The notes beneath the pieces are model-generated. The model saw only the letters and a list, made by a program, of their open reading frames with translations, was not told where the DNA came from and ran no database searches. Positions 62,381 to 64,000 of a DNA stretch of 64,000 nt are shown here, in pieces; the stretch's first letter is position 1; each line of letters opens with the position of its first letter. The translations under genes and the position numbers were made by a program. The stretch lies in NCBI RefSeq assembly GCF_018350175.1, contig NC_058368.1:200076001-200140000 (forward strand), in the 5' to 3' direction. This DNA comes from Felis catus (lineage: Eukaryota).

Positions 62381-63760
62381 TTAGTAATCAAAATAGTATG
62401 GTACTGGCACAGAAAAATGGAACAGAACAGAAAATCCAGAAATAGACCCACAATTACATGGTCAATTAATCTTCAACAAAGCAGGAAAAAATAGCCAATG
62501 GGAAAAAGACAGTATCTTCAACAAATGGTTGTGGGAAAACTGGACAACAACATGCAAAAGAAGGACTGGACCACTTTCTTACACCATACACAATAATAAA
62601 TTCAAAATGGATTAAAGACCTAAACATGAAATCTGAAGCCAAAAAAATCCTAGAAGAGAATACAGTAACTTCTTGACATTGGCCATAGTAGCATCTTTCC
62701 AGATATGTCGACTCCTGAGGCCAGGGAAACAAAAGCAAAAATAAACTATTAAAACCACATCAAAATATAAAGCTTCTGCACAGTGAATGAAATAAACAAT
62801 AGAACTAAAAGGCAACCTAAGGAATGGAAGAATATATTTGCAAATGACGTGTCTGATAAAGGGTTAGTATCCCAAATCTATAAAGAACTTATAAAACTCA
62901 CCCCTCCCAAATAAAATAACCCAATTAAAAAATAGGCAGAAGACACGAACAGACATTTCTTTAAAGAAGACATACAGATGGCTGACAGACACATAAAAAG
63001 ATGCTTATCATCACTTATCAAGGAAAACTACGATGAGATATCACATCACATCTATCAGACTGGGTAAAATCAACAACATAAGAAACAACAAATGTTGGTG
63101 AGGATGTGAAGAAAAAGGAACATTCATGCATTGTTGGTGGGAATCCAAACTGGTATAGCCATTATAGAAAACTGTACGGAGGTACAGAACTACCTTATGA
63201 TCCAGTGATTGCACTACTGGGTATTTACCCAAAGAATACAAAAACACTAATTCAAAGGGATACATGCAACCTTATGTTTTTGGCAGCATTATTTACAATA
63301 GCCAAGATATGGAATCAGCCCAGATGTCCATCAACTGATGAAAGGTTAAAGAAGATGTGATATATATATAATGTAATATTATTCAGCCATAAAAAAGAAA
63401 AAAAATGCTATTTGCAGTGACATGGAGCTAGAGATTATCATGTTAAGTTAAATAAATCAGAGAAAGACAAATACCATATGATTTCACTCATATGTGGAAT
63501 TTAAGAAACAAAACAAAGGAAAAATAGTAAGAGACAGAGTGAAAGAAACAGACTCTTAATTGTAGAGAACAATCTGATGGTTACCAGAGGGGAAGGGGAG
63601 GGAAGGGATGGGTTAAATAGATGATGGGGATTAAGGAGGGCACCTGTCATGGATGAGCACAGGATGATTAATGGAAGTGTTGAATCACTATATTGTACAC
63701 CTGAAACTAATATAACACTGTATGCTAACTAACTGGAATTAAAATAAAAACTTAAAAAAA
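62381..63760 (+). mobile_element. 5'-truncated carnivore L1 (ORF2 3' part, 3'UTR, A-tail)
   Basis: agtaatcaaaatagtatggtactggcac. ORF 63106..63360 contains ELPYDPVIALLGIYP...FTIAKIWNQPRCPSTDE. Ends ggaattaaaataaaaacttaaaaaaa. Confidence 0.95.
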
Positions 63761-64000
63761 ATTCTTAATAATTTTAGGACATTGACATGTTTATTTTTCT
63801 ACTTATCAGAGTAGATGCCAGTTCCAAATTTGTGTGTGTGTAAGAAAGAATAATTTTTAAAAAAGATAGAACTCATACATTTCATACTTATGAAATGTTA
63901 TGCTTAGTTATTTAGTATGTCCAAAGGTTTTTCCAAGTCTTTAATAATGAATGTGGTGTGAAATTAAGAGAGACTATTGTGATAAGGAAGATGATAACAT

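Overview
This is AT-rich mammalian nuclear DNA, almost certainly from a felid: it carries 25 tRNA-derived CanSINEs, mostly of the feliform SINEC_Fc type, plus carnivore-type L1 3' ends. It looks intergenic or intronic, and I can support no intact protein-coding exon. The ORF-track entries come from SINEs, decayed L1 ORF2, microsatellites or chance. Most of the window is interspersed repeats: L1, MaLR/ERVL/ERV1 LTRs, Tigger/MADE/hAT DNA transposons, MIR/L2/L3 and simple repeats. The best finding is a ~560-bp GC-rich, CpG-depleted minus-strand insert at ~28563-29124, nested in a Tigger2a element. It decodes to the N-terminus of the RING E3 ligase RNF166. At what I recall as the exon-1 boundary it runs on through a decayed splice donor into non-coding sequence and an A-rich tail, so it looks like a retrocopy of an unspliced, prematurely terminated transcript. 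Secondary observations are a SINE fused to a 5'-inverted L1 without its own TSD, a very young SINE, a consensus CTCF site, RUNX/ETS/GATA and STAT6-type motif clusters, candidate non-coding exons and local duplications. Repeat subfamily names and the RNF166 call come from my recall of consensus and protein sequences, not from a database search. Boundaries of old repeats are approximate. I found no evidence of a new multi-gene system.
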